From Methanobacteriaceae archaeon (lineage in GTDB: Archaea > Methanobacteriota > Methanobacteria > Methanobacteriales > Methanobacteriaceae), in the NCBI GenBank assembly GCA_003558085.1, contig PWMT01000168.1:1-55567 (forward strand): a DNA stretch of 55,567 nucleotides, given 5' to 3'. Position 1 is the first letter of the stretch; each line of letters starts with the position of its first letter. The notes beneath the pieces were generated by a model that saw only the letters and a list, made by a program, of their open reading frames with translations, did no database searches and had not been told where the DNA came from. The position numbers were made by a program, and so were the translations under genes. Shown one piece after another: positions 9,947 through 23,165 of this stretch.

Positions 9947-10040
9947 ATAAGCTAGTATCCTAGTTATAAGTGATATAAGCTAATATCCTACTTATAAGTG
10001 ATAAGTATTATGTTATAAGTTAAAACTTATAACTTATAAG
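9947..10040 (-). repeat. Phased heptad array with a 28-bp tandem repeat in the parA promoter (candidate centromere/operator)
   Basis: Minus strand from 10038 reads TATAAGT TATAAGT TTTAACT TATAACA TAATACT TATCACT TATAAGT [14 bp] TATCACT TATAACT [14 bp]. Segments 9947-9974 and 9975-10002 match at 26/28. A perfect 10-bp inverted repeat lies at 10012-10021 and 10024-10033. Confidence 0.8.
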
Positions 10041-10082
10041 AGCCAAAGAGGTATGAGTATTGTTGAAAAAAAATAGATTAGA

Positions 10083-11912
10083 TTAAAATGCAATCCTTTC
10101 AGAAACTAGCAGCGGTAAAGGCAAAGCTCTAAATGGCATGCCGCTAGTTTCATCTTTTATTATTTTCACCAGATTATCCAGATCAGTGGTCTTTTTTTCT
10201 TCATTTTTTCGTATGTTTGCGGTGATTTCACCACTTTCGACTTCTCTATCCCCGATTACCACCACATAGGGTATCCATTCTTGGGCCGCGTTTCTTATTT
10301 TTTTACCCACCCTCTCTACACGATCATCCACATCTACTCTTATATTATGATCCTTTAATTTAGCGGCAAAATCAAGGGCAAAATCAAGGTGCCTTTCAGA
10401 GATAGGTAATAATCTAACCTGGGTAGGTGAAAGCCAAGTAGGTAACATTGGTGCTTTTTCATTCCTTTCAATAGCTGTTTTCTCAAGTAAACTGCATATC
10501 ACTCTTTCTATGCTTCCAGTAGGACTACAATGAATAATTATAGGGTGTGCTTCCTCTTCATCTTCATTTACATAAGTAATATCAAATCTTTCCCCGCTTT
10601 CCACATCAATTTGTATAGTAGGATTTTCAATAGGTCTTCCTAGATAATCAATAGCAGCAAAATCCATTTTACAAATCCAATAATGTTTTCTTTCTGCTAA
10701 AATTTCGATTAGGACAGGTTTATCTACTTTAGAAGCAGCCTGATGCATCCAGTCCTTATATTTTTCATAGAAATCTTCTGTAGCCCGGAATATAACCTCA
10801 TAATTTACTTCTAAGTCCTCACCGGTCTTTTTACACATGAGGATTTGACGATCGAATTCCGTTAATGACTGTTCCAGATCCTGACAGACGGTATGCAAAT
10901 CAGGCATGGTGAAACCACGCAAGCGTTTTAAACCTACTACTTCGCCTTTTTTCTCCATGCGGAAACTGTAAGTTGATAATTCATAAATTCTAACCGGAAG
11001 GTTTTTCCAGGTTAAAAAAGAGTCAGATAAAACTCTAAAAGCTCCAAAACAGCATGCATATCTTAACATGAGCTCCTTTTTACTATGGCCCATACGATAC
11101 TGACGTTCACCAAACTTTTCAGCATGTACTCTTATGGCTTCATCTGCCAGATCATACATAATAGGAGTTTCTACTTGCATTGCTCCTTCATGGGTGACAA
11201 GTTGATATACATAGTCTGCCAGTAAATCACGAATTAATCTACCTTTAGGATACCAACGAAGATGTCCAACATCGGCAGAGGGTTCATAGTCTGCTAAATT
11301 TTTCTCTCGCATTAGTTTTACATGTGGTGATTCCTCACCGCTTGATTTAATCTTTCCCAACTCATACATGGCCAGTTTTCGTAGTTCTTCGCTTTTGAAT
11401 TCAAATTCATCAGGTGAGATAAGCTTACCCTGATCTAAAATGTACCATTGAGATTCTATATCTTTTTCTTCTATTTCTTGAATTTTATCCTCAGGAGTAA
11501 TAGTACGGGATAATTCTGAAAGAGGATGGCCTTTACAAGATATTTCAAAGGATTTATACCATCCAAAAGGAGCTCGGGCCACTTTATATCCTTTTTCTTT
11601 TAAAATAGTCTCCATGTTATTTAAAATTGATTTAGCGGTTTCAGGAGAACTTAAAGAAGAGGTTAAATGAGCATAGGGGTATATGACTATTCCTTCTGCT
11701 TTTATTTTTTTGAAAACATCTTCCACTTCTTTTATTACTTTTGGAACGATTTCTTCAGATTTATTTTCATCTTCTGCTTCCACTGCAGTGAAAACTACCA
11801 ATACATCTTTAAAATAGCCTTCTTTTTGATCTGGTTCAATTTGCTCAGCAATTTTGGTTTTGTTTTTGGTTTGATATTTTAAATAATCGGAGTGAATAAA
11901 TAATACACGCAT
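10083..11912 (-). CDS. thrS: Threonine--tRNA ligase (archaeal type)
   Basis: Archaeal editing domain ([25 protein letters not shown]), plus [13 protein letters not shown] and [10 protein letters not shown]. Confidence 0.97.
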   Translation of the reverse strand: MRVLFIHSDYLKYQTKNKTKIAEQIEPDQKEGYFKDVLVVFTAVEAEDENKSEEIVPKVIKEVEDVFKKIKAEGIVIYPYAHLTSSLSSPETAKSILNNMETILKEKGYKVARAPFGWYKSFEISCKGHPLSELSRTITPEDKIQEIEEKDIESQWYILDQGKLISPDEFEFKSEELRKLAMYELGKIKSSGEESPHVKLMREKNLADYEPSADVGHLRWYPKGRLIRDLLADYVYQLVTHEGAMQVETPIMYDLADEAIRVHAEKFGERQYRMGHSKKELMLRYACCFGAFRVLSDSFLTWKNLPVRIYELSTYSFRMEKKGEVVGLKRLRGFTMPDLHTVCQDLEQSLTEFDRQILMCKKTGEDLEVNYEVIFRATEDFYEKYKDWMHQAASKVDKPVLIEILAERKHYWICKMDFAAIDYLGRPIENPTIQIDVESGERFDITYVNEDEEEAHPIIIHCSPTGSIERVICSLLEKTAIERNEKAPMLPTWLSPTQVRLLPISERHLDFALDFAAKLKDHNIRVDVDDRVERVGKKIRNAAQEWIPYVVVIGDREVESGEITANIRKNEEKKTTDLDNLVKIIKDETSGMPFRALPLPLLVSERIAF

Positions 11913-12330
11913 TTAACCACCTAATAAAAAATTTGACAATGGATCAAGACATTAGTTAATTAAACTAAATTTGCTTTAGAAACTACGGATAAGTAATGGT
12001 TAATTAATAACTAATAGATTATATGGTATAATATTATCCTAGTTTTTAAGTTTATTCCTGAAATTTTTGTCTGATACTAAATTTTTTTATAAACCTTCTG
12101 CAACAATAAAAATAAGAACTGATTAGTAAAATTTACAAAAGTCATATAACAAATTTTATATTTTATTACTTTTTATTCTTTGATATTGTAAGTTTTAGGG
12201 GTTTTTTAGAATTACTTAAAATTTTTTAACCAAAAATATCTCATTTTTTTTAAGAAAAAGACTAAATAAGGTTTATAAAATAAGTGCTAAATAGAAAAAC
12301 TTCCCCCAAACATTGCAAGGTATCATTTTT

Positions 12331-13119
12331 TTAAATTCTTTTATGCATATCTTCTTTCCACATTTGTTCAAATACTTGAGCATAATTTTGCGCTATTTCT
12401 TTGTATTGATTCCAAACCCCTATGGCACTTATGGGTAAGGCCTGATGATCTTCTCCAGAAAATTTGGAAAATATTAGCATCATCTCGGTTTCATCACGAA
12501 CGATCATCTTAACAAAAGGTATTTGGTAAGTTCTAACCTGGCCAGATATACCATTTAACTCCTGGGCTAAGTCTACCTTTTCCTGTCCTATAAAAGTGTA
12601 AGGTGCGGCCATTATTTTTATTAAAACCCCTCTTTTTGCTGCCTTATTTAACTTTTCTTTTATAAGCTCTAATTCACCTTCAAACATGAACCCCGCTCTT
12701 ATATTAATAGTTTTTTTGGCTCTAGAAATTATTTCTAGTTCTTTTTTTATTATCTTGTCAGGTCCGTGAATTAACCAAATAGGCGCGGAAACCTGAGATA
12801 TTTGGTTGTCATAAATGTTAGTTAATTGCTGTTCAGCTTTTTCCAACTCTTTAAGCATGCGTTTTTTATTTATTTTAAAAACTTCCATAGGAGATATTAC
12901 AGAATATTTTAATGGTCTACCTCTTTCTATTTCCACAAAGCCTTTTTCGGCCATTTCCTTTAAAACATCATAAATTCTGGAGCGAGGAATTTTAGAGTGA
13001 AGGCTGATTTCAGAGGCTGTTCCAGATATCATAGAAGTCAAAGCTAGATAAGTGCGGGCTTCATAGTCAGTTAAACCCATTATTTTTAGAGATTTCCATA
13101 TTTTTTTATCTAAATGCAT
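12331..13119 (-). CDS. TrmB family transcriptional regulator
   Basis: GLTDYEARTYLAL...IPRSRIYDVL...KGFVE...GRPLKY winged-helix domain plus a C-terminal effector domain. Confidence 0.9.
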   Translation of the reverse strand: MHLDKKIWKSLKIMGLTDYEARTYLALTSMISGTASEISLHSKIPRSRIYDVLKEMAEKGFVEIERGRPLKYSVISPMEVFKINKKRMLKELEKAEQQLTNIYDNQISQVSAPIWLIHGPDKIIKKELEIISRAKKTINIRAGFMFEGELELIKEKLNKAAKRGVLIKIMAAPYTFIGQEKVDLAQELNGISGQVRTYQIPFVKMIVRDETEMMLIFSKFSGEDHQALPISAIGVWNQYKEIAQNYAQVFEQMWKEDMHKRI

Positions 13120-13477
13120 TTACTACACCATTCTTTTTTTTTTCTTAGATCATAGTAGAAAAATTAATTCCACTCAACAATATTTGTTTCATTTTATACT
13201 AAACTAGTGACAAAAGTTATTTATAGTTTGCTGATCTATTATAAAACAGGAAGAAAAGGAATTATTCTGAATATAAGGATCCTATCAAAAAAATTTAATC
13301 CTCAAAATAGATAGTTGATTTCTAATAAAAAAATGAGGAGTTTTAAAATTCTTAATCAAAATTAGTTTATTATATTTGTATTAAAACGGTTTAGCTCAAT
13401 CTTATAAAGGTTAAATCTTATAAATTGCACTTTTTTAATAAAAAAAATTGAATATAGCTTTAAATGGAGGTAAAAAT

Positions 13478-14791
13478 ATGGAAAAAAAAGATGCATTAGA
13501 TATGTTCTGTTATCAGTGCTCTCAAACTGCTAGAGGTACCGGTTGCACTATAAGAGGTGTTTGTGGAAAAAATCCCACGGTGGCAAGATTACAGGATAAT
13601 CTCTTATTCGCCATGAAAGGCATATCTGCTTATCTATACCATGCTCGGGAATTAGGATATACTGATGAAGAAGTTGATGCTTTCTTAGAACGTGGATTTT
13701 ATTCCACCTTAACCAATGTAAATTTTGATCCTGAAAGTTTTGTAGAAATGGCCTTAGAAGCTGGAAGGATGAACATAAAAACCATGCAACTGCTTAAACA
13801 AGCCCATATTGACAATTATGGAGATCCAGTACCCACTGAAGTTCCGGTAGGTGCAGTAAAAGGTCCTGGGATTTTAGCCACAGGTCACAGTCTCAAAGCA
13901 TTAGAAGAATTATTAAAACAAACAGAAGGTAAAGGTATAAATGTTTATACCCACTCAGAACTGCTACCTGCCCATGGATATCCTGAATTAAAAAAATACA
14001 AACATCTGGTAGGTCAACTAGGTGGAGCTTGGTTTGATCAGCGAAAAACTTTTGCTAAATATCCAGTAGCCATCTTAGGAACCAGTAATTGTGTATTGAT
14101 TCCTCCAGAGCAATATCGAGAAAGAATGTTTACTAGTGGAGTGGCAGAGTTACCTGAGGTTGAACACATTGAAGATTATGATTTTACTCCAGTTATTGAA
14201 AAAGCACTTGAATTAGGAGATTTAGAAGAAGAACCTAGAGATAAAGTTTTAACCACTGGATTTGGTGCATCAACTATTCTTTCTCTAGCCCCAAAAATTA
14301 AAGAACTGGTAGAAAACGGGAAAATTAAACAATTCTTATTGGTGGGAGGATGTGATTCTCCCTTAACCCAGGCTAAATATTATACTGAATTTGTTGAAAA
14401 ATTGCCGGATGATGTGGTAATTCTTACACTTGCCTGTGGTAAATATCGTTTTAATGACCTAGATTTGGGAGATATTGAAGGTGTGCCTCGACTAATTGAT
14501 GTAGGACAATGTAATGATGCCATAGTAGCTGTAGATGTGGCAAACGCGCTTAGTGAATTATTTGGGTTGGATCTTAACGAACTACCCTTGACTATCGTAG
14601 CCAGCTGGATGGAGCAAAAAGCTGCTGCCATTCTATGGAGTTTGCTGGCACTGGATTTAAAAGGAATTTATTTAGGGCCGATAATACCTGGATGGGCTAA
14701 TGAAGATATAATCAACGTACTGGTTGATAAATATGATGTTAGACCCATAGGTGATCCTGAAGAAGATATTAAACAAATTTTGGGATCTTAA
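13478..14791 (+). CDS. hcp: Hybrid cluster protein (hydroxylamine/NO reductase), short class III type
   Basis: [47 protein letters not shown] and WMEQKA. About 437 aa, with a GGAGG RBS before the ATG at 13478. Confidence 0.95.
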   Translation: MEKKDALDMFCYQCSQTARGTGCTIRGVCGKNPTVARLQDNLLFAMKGISAYLYHARELGYTDEEVDAFLERGFYSTLTNVNFDPESFVEMALEAGRMNIKTMQLLKQAHIDNYGDPVPTEVPVGAVKGPGILATGHSLKALEELLKQTEGKGINVYTHSELLPAHGYPELKKYKHLVGQLGGAWFDQRKTFAKYPVAILGTSNCVLIPPEQYRERMFTSGVAELPEVEHIEDYDFTPVIEKALELGDLEEEPRDKVLTTGFGASTILSLAPKIKELVENGKIKQFLLVGGCDSPLTQAKYYTEFVEKLPDDVVILTLACGKYRFNDLDLGDIEGVPRLIDVGQCNDAIVAVDVANALSELFGLDLNELPLTIVASWMEQKAAAILWSLLALDLKGIYLGPIIPGWANEDIINVLVDKYDVRPIGDPEEDIKQILGS

Positions 14792-14848
14792 AAGACCAGT
14801 TTAATATCTTATTTCTTTATTTTAATACTCCGTCAAGGAAAGATTTAA

Positions 14849-15655
14849 ATGCAAATTCAAATTTCTAGGCTGAAAAGAAAATTTAGCAAAAAGCGACTGA
14901 AAAGAAAATTAGGTTTTCGCGGTCCAATTATGTTGATATTGTTAGTGCTACTTCCTATTTTAATAATTATTTATTCGCCAGTGAAAATTATTATGGGTTC
15001 CTTGAATGGATTGATGACATTTAGTTCAGTGGTATTCCTTTTATGGATGATATCAGCATTATTTATAGGTCGAGGAGGATCATGTGGTTATTTATGTCCT
15101 TACGGAGCATTATCAGAAGTAATGGGCGGATGGTTGATGAATAAGAAAGTCCGCTCCCCTCTTGCATCAAAAATTAAATATTTATCTTTTGCAGGTTTTT
15201 TAGCGCTAATTATATTTTCAAGAAGAGTAATTGGTGGTAATAGTGGTTTTGATCCCTTTTTAATAAGTGATCAAGTAAATTTTTTAAATATAGATAGTTA
15301 TGGGGTTATGCTTATGGTTATAGCCTTTACAGTGGTGGTTGGAATATCCAGCATCGCCGGAAATAGGGCTTTTTGTCGTTATCTATGCCCACAGGCAATT
15401 TTTTTATACATTCCCCAGAAAGTTTCCAGAATAATTAAAATACCTTCTTTGAACTTAAAAGCAGACCCTGGAAAATGCGACAGTTGCCAGCGCTGTAATT
15501 GGGTCTGTCCCATGGGTCTAGAGGTGATGGAGCTGGTAAAAGAAAAGGAAGATGAACATCTTATTAGTCATTCAGATTGTATATCTTGTGGTGATTGTAT
15601 TCGGCACTGTAAAAAAGGTTCCCTTAAATATTCCTTTGGTATTCCCCGAGCTTAA
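14849..15655 (+). CDS. Membrane-bound 4Fe-4S protein (NapH/MauN-like)
   Basis: Hydrophobic segments, two CxxxCP motifs (CGYLCP, CRYLCP) and two C-terminal CxxCxxCxxxC motifs. Confidence 0.8.
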   Translation: MQIQISRLKRKFSKKRLKRKLGFRGPIMLILLVLLPILIIIYSPVKIIMGSLNGLMTFSSVVFLLWMISALFIGRGGSCGYLCPYGALSEVMGGWLMNKKVRSPLASKIKYLSFAGFLALIIFSRRVIGGNSGFDPFLISDQVNFLNIDSYGVMLMVIAFTVVVGISSIAGNRAFCRYLCPQAIFLYIPQKVSRIIKIPSLNLKADPGKCDSCQRCNWVCPMGLEVMELVKEKEDEHLISHSDCISCGDCIRHCKKGSLKYSFGIPRA

Positions 15656-15764
15656 GTGAGGAAATAGAGCTTTCAACTATAAATCTTATTCAATTTAAGA
15701 TAATATGAAGTTTGATATAGGAATAAGCATAAAATAGATAATTAAGAATCTTGTTGGTGATTAA

Positions 15765-16088
15765 ATGAAGGATGATTTAAAATCGAAAGTATTGGCCATT
15801 GAAGAGTTGATTGATTATCAGGACGGATCAGTAGTAAGTAGAGAGATCATCAGAAAAGAAACCGGTACTGTAACCATTTTTGCTTTTGATAAAGGTGAAG
15901 GATTAAGTGAACACACTGCGCCTTTTGATGCCATGGTGCAGATTATAGATGGAGAAGCAGAAATAACCATCTCTGGTAAAAAGAATCATCTAAAAAAGGG
16001 GGATATGATTATCATGCCTGCAGATGAACCACACGCCTTGTATGCCGTGAAAAAATATAAGATGATCTTAACTATGATCCGTTCTTAA
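15765..16088 (+). CDS. Cupin domain protein
   Basis: FAFDKGEGLSEHTAPFDA and GDMIIMPADEPHAL. Confidence 0.88.
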   Translation: MKDDLKSKVLAIEELIDYQDGSVVSREIIRKETGTVTIFAFDKGEGLSEHTAPFDAMVQIIDGEAEITISGKKNHLKKGDMIIMPADEPHALYAVKKYKMILTMIRS

Positions 16089-16414
16089 AACACTACACTT
16101 AAATTAATTTTTAATCTAAAACTAGATTAGAAATAACTCATTTAATATTTAATTAAAGTTTTTATATTACAAGTTAATAATCTAATTTTACATGCTTATG
16201 ATCTCTTGAGGGAAAGGTCAGTTAATTAATAATATAAGAAAAAATTTTATTTTACTTATATAAGTGCTAGCCTAAATTAAATTAATTAATTAAAATTATA
16301 TATTTAGATAATGGATTCCGTTACTAGTATTAAATATTAGATTCTATATAATACTTAGGGTTCACCCCGTTTTTGTGAAATATTACATATTTAAGTTTAT
16401 AAGCCGGTGGTTTA

Positions 16415-18070
16415 ATGAGAAGCGATAACATTAAAAAGGGATTGCAAAGAGCTCCCCATAGATCTCTACTTAGGGCATGTGGATTAACTGATGATGATTT
16501 TGAAAAACCATTCATAGGTATTGCTAATAGTTTTACTGATATTGTACCCGGCCATATTCATCTTAGAGAATTAAGTGAAGCAGTAAAAATCGGGATCAGC
16601 CAATCTGGAGGGGTTCCCTTCGAATTTAACACCATGGCCATATGTGATGGGATGGCCATGAATCACGAAGGAATGAATTATTCACTTGCTTCTAGAGAAA
16701 TTATAGCCGATACCGTGGAAAGTATGGCCCAAGCCCATAGTTTAGATGGATTGGTGCTAATTCCAACTTGTGATAAAGTAGTTCCGGGTATGCTCATGGC
16801 TAGTGCCCGACTTGACATACCTGCTATAGTATTAACCGGAGGGCCTATGGTTCCTGGTACATTTAAGGGAAAATCTGTAGACCTTATTAATGTTTTTGAA
16901 GGTATTGGGGCTGTATCTTCTGGTAAAATGTCCTTGGAAGAATTGGATGAATTGGAAAAATGTGCATGTCCAGGAGCTGGCTCATGTGCTGGTTTATTTA
17001 CTGCAAATACCATGGCATGTCTTACTGAAGCTATAGGTATGAGTCTGCCTGGCTGTGCCACAGCTCATGCTGTTAGTTCGAAAAAAATGAGGCTGGGTCG
17101 TTTATCTGGTGCTAGAATAGTGGAAATGGTGAATGAAAATCTTATTCCTTCCAAAATAATGACTCAAAAATCATTTGCAAATGCAGTGGCAGTTGATTTA
17201 GCACTAGGCGGTTCTACCAACACCGCCCTACACCTCCCAGCTATTGCTAGTGAACTGGAAAATAAAGGAGTAAAGGTAGATTTAGAACTATTCGATGTTA
17301 TGAGTAAAAATATACCTCATATAACCTCTATCTCTCCATCTGGAGAGCATATGATGATTGATTTAGATAAAGCCGGTGGAATACCTGCTGTTTTAAAAAC
17401 TCTAGAATCTAAGATAAATACTGAGGTCATAACTTGTAATGGTAAAAAACTGAAAGATAATATAAAAAACATTACTCTAACAGATAGATCAATAATAAGA
17501 TCTTTAGATAAACCAGTTCATAAAGAAGGCGGAATAGCTATTTTAAAAGGCAATTTAGCCCCTAATGGGTCTGTTGTAAAACAAGGTGCAGTTGATAAGA
17601 ATATGTTAACTCATCAGGGCCCTGGTAGAATATTTAACAGTGAAAATGAATGTGTAGAAGCCATATTTAATAATGAAATCGAAGATGGAGACGTTATTGT
17701 AATTCGTTATGAAGGGCCTCGAGGAGGTCCTGGTATGAGGGAGATGTTAAACCCTACTTCAGCTATTGCCGGCAGAGAACTTAAATCTGTAGCTCTAATT
17801 ACTGATGGTAGATTTTCAGGAGGAACTAGAGGACCTTGTATAGGACATGTATCCCCTGAAGCCATGAGCAATGGTCCTTTAGCAGCGCTTCAAGATGGAG
17901 ACTTGATAAAAATTGATATTCCTCAACGTAGTTTAGAAGTTGAACTTAGCCCACAGGAAATTAAAAAAAGAATGAAAAATGCAGTTAAACCTGAAAGAAA
18001 TGTTAAAGGTTTGTTAGCACGTTATCAGAAATTAGCAAGTTCCGCAGATAAAGGAGCAATTTTAAGATAG
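16415..18070 (+). CDS. ilvD: Dihydroxy-acid dehydratase
   Basis: [34 protein letters not shown] and TDGRFSGG. Confidence 0.98.
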   Translation: MRSDNIKKGLQRAPHRSLLRACGLTDDDFEKPFIGIANSFTDIVPGHIHLRELSEAVKIGISQSGGVPFEFNTMAICDGMAMNHEGMNYSLASREIIADTVESMAQAHSLDGLVLIPTCDKVVPGMLMASARLDIPAIVLTGGPMVPGTFKGKSVDLINVFEGIGAVSSGKMSLEELDELEKCACPGAGSCAGLFTANTMACLTEAIGMSLPGCATAHAVSSKKMRLGRLSGARIVEMVNENLIPSKIMTQKSFANAVAVDLALGGSTNTALHLPAIASELENKGVKVDLELFDVMSKNIPHITSISPSGEHMMIDLDKAGGIPAVLKTLESKINTEVITCNGKKLKDNIKNITLTDRSIIRSLDKPVHKEGGIAILKGNLAPNGSVVKQGAVDKNMLTHQGPGRIFNSENECVEAIFNNEIEDGDVIVIRYEGPRGGPGMREMLNPTSAIAGRELKSVALITDGRFSGGTRGPCIGHVSPEAMSNGPLAALQDGDLIKIDIPQRSLEVELSPQEIKKRMKNAVKPERNVKGLLARYQKLASSADKGAILR

Positions 18071-18131
18071 TAAGATGCAATATTAATACTGAAAATATAT
18101 TAAAAAAAAGTTATAAACCATAATTATAGGT

Positions 18132-18563
18132 GTGAACATGTCCGCTACCCGGGAAATAATCATATATTTAGTAATAATTTTAGTAGGTCTCTTTGCAGCC
18201 CAACATATGAATGTGGTAGTTTCGGGAAGTATGGAACCAGTATTTCATCGAGGAGATATAGTATTTATCCAAAAAGCTGACTTCCTAGGTATACAAGAAT
18301 TTGATCCTACTACCTTAGAAAGTGGAGATATTATTGTATACAATGCACAATGGTTCCCTGAACCTGTTATACATCGAATTATTGAGGTAGGAATAGATAA
18401 TAATGGCCAAAGATTTTATATAACCCAAGGAGATAATAATCCTAACCCTGATCAGGCCCCGGTATATCCGCTACAGATTAAATCTAAAGTTATAACTATT
18501 GGGGATCAACCACTATTTTTACCAAGAATAGGATACATAACTCTCTGGATTAGAGGGTTATAA
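18132..18563 (+). CDS. Signal peptidase I (archaeal Sec11 type, S26B)
   Basis: [17 protein letters not shown] and TQGDNN. Confidence 0.92.
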   Translation: MNMSATREIIIYLVIILVGLFAAQHMNVVVSGSMEPVFHRGDIVFIQKADFLGIQEFDPTTLESGDIIVYNAQWFPEPVIHRIIEVGIDNNGQRFYITQGDNNPNPDQAPVYPLQIKSKVITIGDQPLFLPRIGYITLWIRGL

Positions 18564-18643
18564 AATAAAATAATTTAATCAGCAATCCTAATTTTTAACT
18601 CAACTTATATAATTTATTTTAATATTTAATTTTGGGTGAACTC

Positions 18644-20362
<1,719 letters not shown>

Positions 20363-20381
20363 GTGTTTTTCTAAAAAATCT

Positions 20382-21284
20382 TCATTTTAATAGGGTATAT
20401 AAAATAGCTTTTTGAGAGTGCAAACGATTTTCTGCTTGATCCCATACTACTGATTGTGGTCCATCAATTACACTGGCCGTGGTTTCCTGACCTCTTATAG
20501 CAGGTAAGCAATGCATGAAAATAGCATCTTTTTTAGCCAGACCCATTATTTGTTCATTAATCTGATAGGGTTGGAAAATTTTAAGGCGGTCCTTGAGTTC
20601 TGCTTCCTTACCCATACTCACCCAAACATCAGTATAAATCACATCGCATCCTTTAACAGCAGATAATATATCCGAGGTTATCTCTATTACAGCACCGGAT
20701 TTATCAGCTAAAAGTTGGGCTTTTTCCATTATTTGTAAAGGTGGTTCATATCCTGGGGGACAAGCTACGGTCATATCCATACCTAATATGGAGCATATTA
20801 AAAGTAATGAATTGCACACATTATTCCCATCACCTGCAAATAATAGTTTACCTTTAAAATCTCCTTTATATTCCAGCACAGTCTGCATATCTGCTAATGC
20901 TTGACAAGGATGTTCAAGATCAGTTAAACCATTTATAACTGGTACTGAAGAATTATTAGCTAACTGGATAAGATTATTATGTTTTCGAGCCCTGATCATA
21001 ATACCGTCTACATAACGACTCATAGTCTTGGCAGTATCGGAAATAGGTTCTCCTCTTCCAATTTGAAGATCATCAGTGGCGAGATAAAGTCCGGTCCCTC
21101 CTAACTGGTTCATTCCTACTTCAAAAGAAATCCTTGTACGAGTAGAAGGTTTCTCGAATATCATGGCCAAAGTCTTACCTTGAAGTGGTTTGCCAAAAGA
21201 AGTACTCATTTTAAACTTATGGGCTATTTCCAGTAGCTCTAAAATTTGATGCTGGACATCACATATAGATAAAAGATGTTTCAT
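20382..21284 (-). CDS. argF: Ornithine carbamoyltransferase
   Basis: [24 protein letters not shown] and QAENR. Confidence 0.97.
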   Translation of the reverse strand: MKHLLSICDVQHQILELLEIAHKFKMSTSFGKPLQGKTLAMIFEKPSTRTRISFEVGMNQLGGTGLYLATDDLQIGRGEPISDTAKTMSRYVDGIMIRARKHNNLIQLANNSSVPVINGLTDLEHPCQALADMQTVLEYKGDFKGKLLFAGDGNNVCNSLLLICSILGMDMTVACPPGYEPPLQIMEKAQLLADKSGAVIEITSDILSAVKGCDVIYTDVWVSMGKEAELKDRLKIFQPYQINEQIMGLAKKDAIFMHCLPAIRGQETTASVIDGPQSVVWDQAENRLHSQKAILYTLLK

Positions 21285-21508
21285 TTAAATTCCATCTCCA
21301 AAATATGAAATACTTATTCATTAATGATAATGTAATATATAATTATCATTTTAAACTTAATATTTTAAAATCTTGTTTTTGAATCATTGTTGACTTATAA
21401 TTTAAAATTAATTTAAATATGAAAATACGTAGATCTATTATTAAATTTGGCTTAAAATAAATTTAGTTAAGATTTAAAATATTAGTTATCTTAATTCTTT
21501 CATATGAA

Positions 21509-22822
21509 CTAATTACCTCTTAATTCTTTCATATGATTGATTCTTTTTTGAATTAGGGCCGCAGTTCCCACATCTTTTCGATGGTAAAGGTCTCCTTTAA
21601 CAAATTGGGTTGATTCTTCACATATTTGTTCTGCCTCAGCTATTGTTTCTCCAATCCCTACTAAGGCTAATGCTCTAGAAGCAGTAGTATAGATGGTTTT
21701 ATTTTTTTGGTTAACAGCAGCATAATAAATTAAAGCCCCTGAATCCTTAATTTTGTTTTCATTTACATCTATTGCTTTATCTGCTGCTTTTGTTTCAGGA
21801 TAACCATTGGGAACCATGTATTTACAAACTGTGGCTTTGGCTTTGAAATTAGCTTTATGGAGTTTGCCATCAATTATATCAGTACATAAATCCCGCATGT
21901 TTGTCATTAAAAGAGGCAGGACATTCATTACTTCTGGATCTCCAAAACGGGCATTATATTCTACCAGGCGCGGTCCATCCTGAGATAACATAAATTGGCC
22001 ATATAAAATTCCTTTATAGGGGTCTGTTTCTTTTTTAATAGCGTTGATTGTTTTTTCCATGATATTAACTGCTTCTTCGTATTCTTTTTTAGATAGAAAT
22101 GGTAATACACCGTTTTTATCAGAATATGATCCCATTCCTCCCGTTATTGGTCCTTGATCTCCTTCGAAGGCGTGGGGATGATCCTGAACTGCAGGCATGG
22201 GTAATAAATGATCCCCATCGGAAAAGGCCTGTATAGTGAATTCTTCTCCTACTACTTTTTCTTCTATAACTACCAGAGGATGGCCTCCCATACTAGTTTC
22301 CATAATATGTTGGGCATACTCTTTAGCTTCCTGAGAATCTTTCAGGTGTTCACCTACAATTTTAACTCCTTTTCCACCGGTAAGTCCGACTGGTTTTACC
22401 ACTACATCCTGGTCAAATTCATCTAAAAATAAACTCATGTCTTCATTATTATCAAAAATTTTATAGGTGAGAGATCCTGGTAGATTATATTTTTCAAATA
22501 AATTCCTCATAAAGGCTTTATCTGTTTCTATTTTAGCAGCTTCTTGAGTAGGTCCCACGCAATTTATACCTTCCCTTTCAAGTAAATCTACAATACCCTG
22601 TTCTAAAGGGGCTTCAGGTCCAATAATTGCCATGTCAACTTTATTTTCTAAAGCAAATTGCTTAATTTTATCCATGTCACTTTCACTGGCAAGCTTATAT
22701 TGGGATAAACGAGCGATGCCAGGATTAGTATTGCTCATAATAGAATAAATTTCAGCTTCATCTTTCAAAGATTCGCAGATAGTATGTTCTCTGGCTCCAG
22801 TACCAACCACTAAAATTTTCAT
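21509..22822 (-). CDS. purD: Phosphoribosylamine--glycine ligase
   Basis: [22 protein letters not shown] and [10 protein letters not shown]. Confidence 0.97.
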   Translation of the reverse strand: MKILVVGTGAREHTICESLKDEAEIYSIMSNTNPGIARLSQYKLASESDMDKIKQFALENKVDMAIIGPEAPLEQGIVDLLEREGINCVGPTQEAAKIETDKAFMRNLFEKYNLPGSLTYKIFDNNEDMSLFLDEFDQDVVVKPVGLTGGKGVKIVGEHLKDSQEAKEYAQHIMETSMGGHPLVVIEEKVVGEEFTIQAFSDGDHLLPMPAVQDHPHAFEGDQGPITGGMGSYSDKNGVLPFLSKKEYEEAVNIMEKTINAIKKETDPYKGILYGQFMLSQDGPRLVEYNARFGDPEVMNVLPLLMTNMRDLCTDIIDGKLHKANFKAKATVCKYMVPNGYPETKAADKAIDVNENKIKDSGALIYYAAVNQKNKTIYTTASRALALVGIGETIAEAEQICEESTQFVKGDLYHRKDVGTAALIQKRINHMKELRGN

Positions 22823-23165
22823 TATATTCCTCCCTAAAAATCACCTTATAAATCCTAACTTGAATGATTAATTATAATATTAGGATATTAAATATAGGTT
22901 TTTTTATTACCTTAGGAGGCAATAACTGTACCTATTTTTATTATAAACTTAGAAGAATAAGTTCAAGTAATAAAATTCAATTTAGAATTAATAATTATGC
23001 AGACTATTGAAGAATTTTTATTTAAACTATTAATATCCATCCTAGCATTTAATAAAATTAAACAAGATTAAATATGACTATAAGTTAATATCAAATAACT
23101 GAATAAAAAATAAAAAATCAAGTATCTCAGCTATTAATCTATGTAAACTATTATCAGGTGTTATT

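Noticed and set aside
11913-12330. T-box or structured leader upstream of thrS
   Set aside because: The region is extremely AT-rich with no T-box motif or stable stems.
13196-13214. TrmB-type operator (TATACTAAACTAGTGACA) upstream of the TrmB gene
   Set aside because: Only a partial palindrome with a single occurrence; not distinguishable from background.
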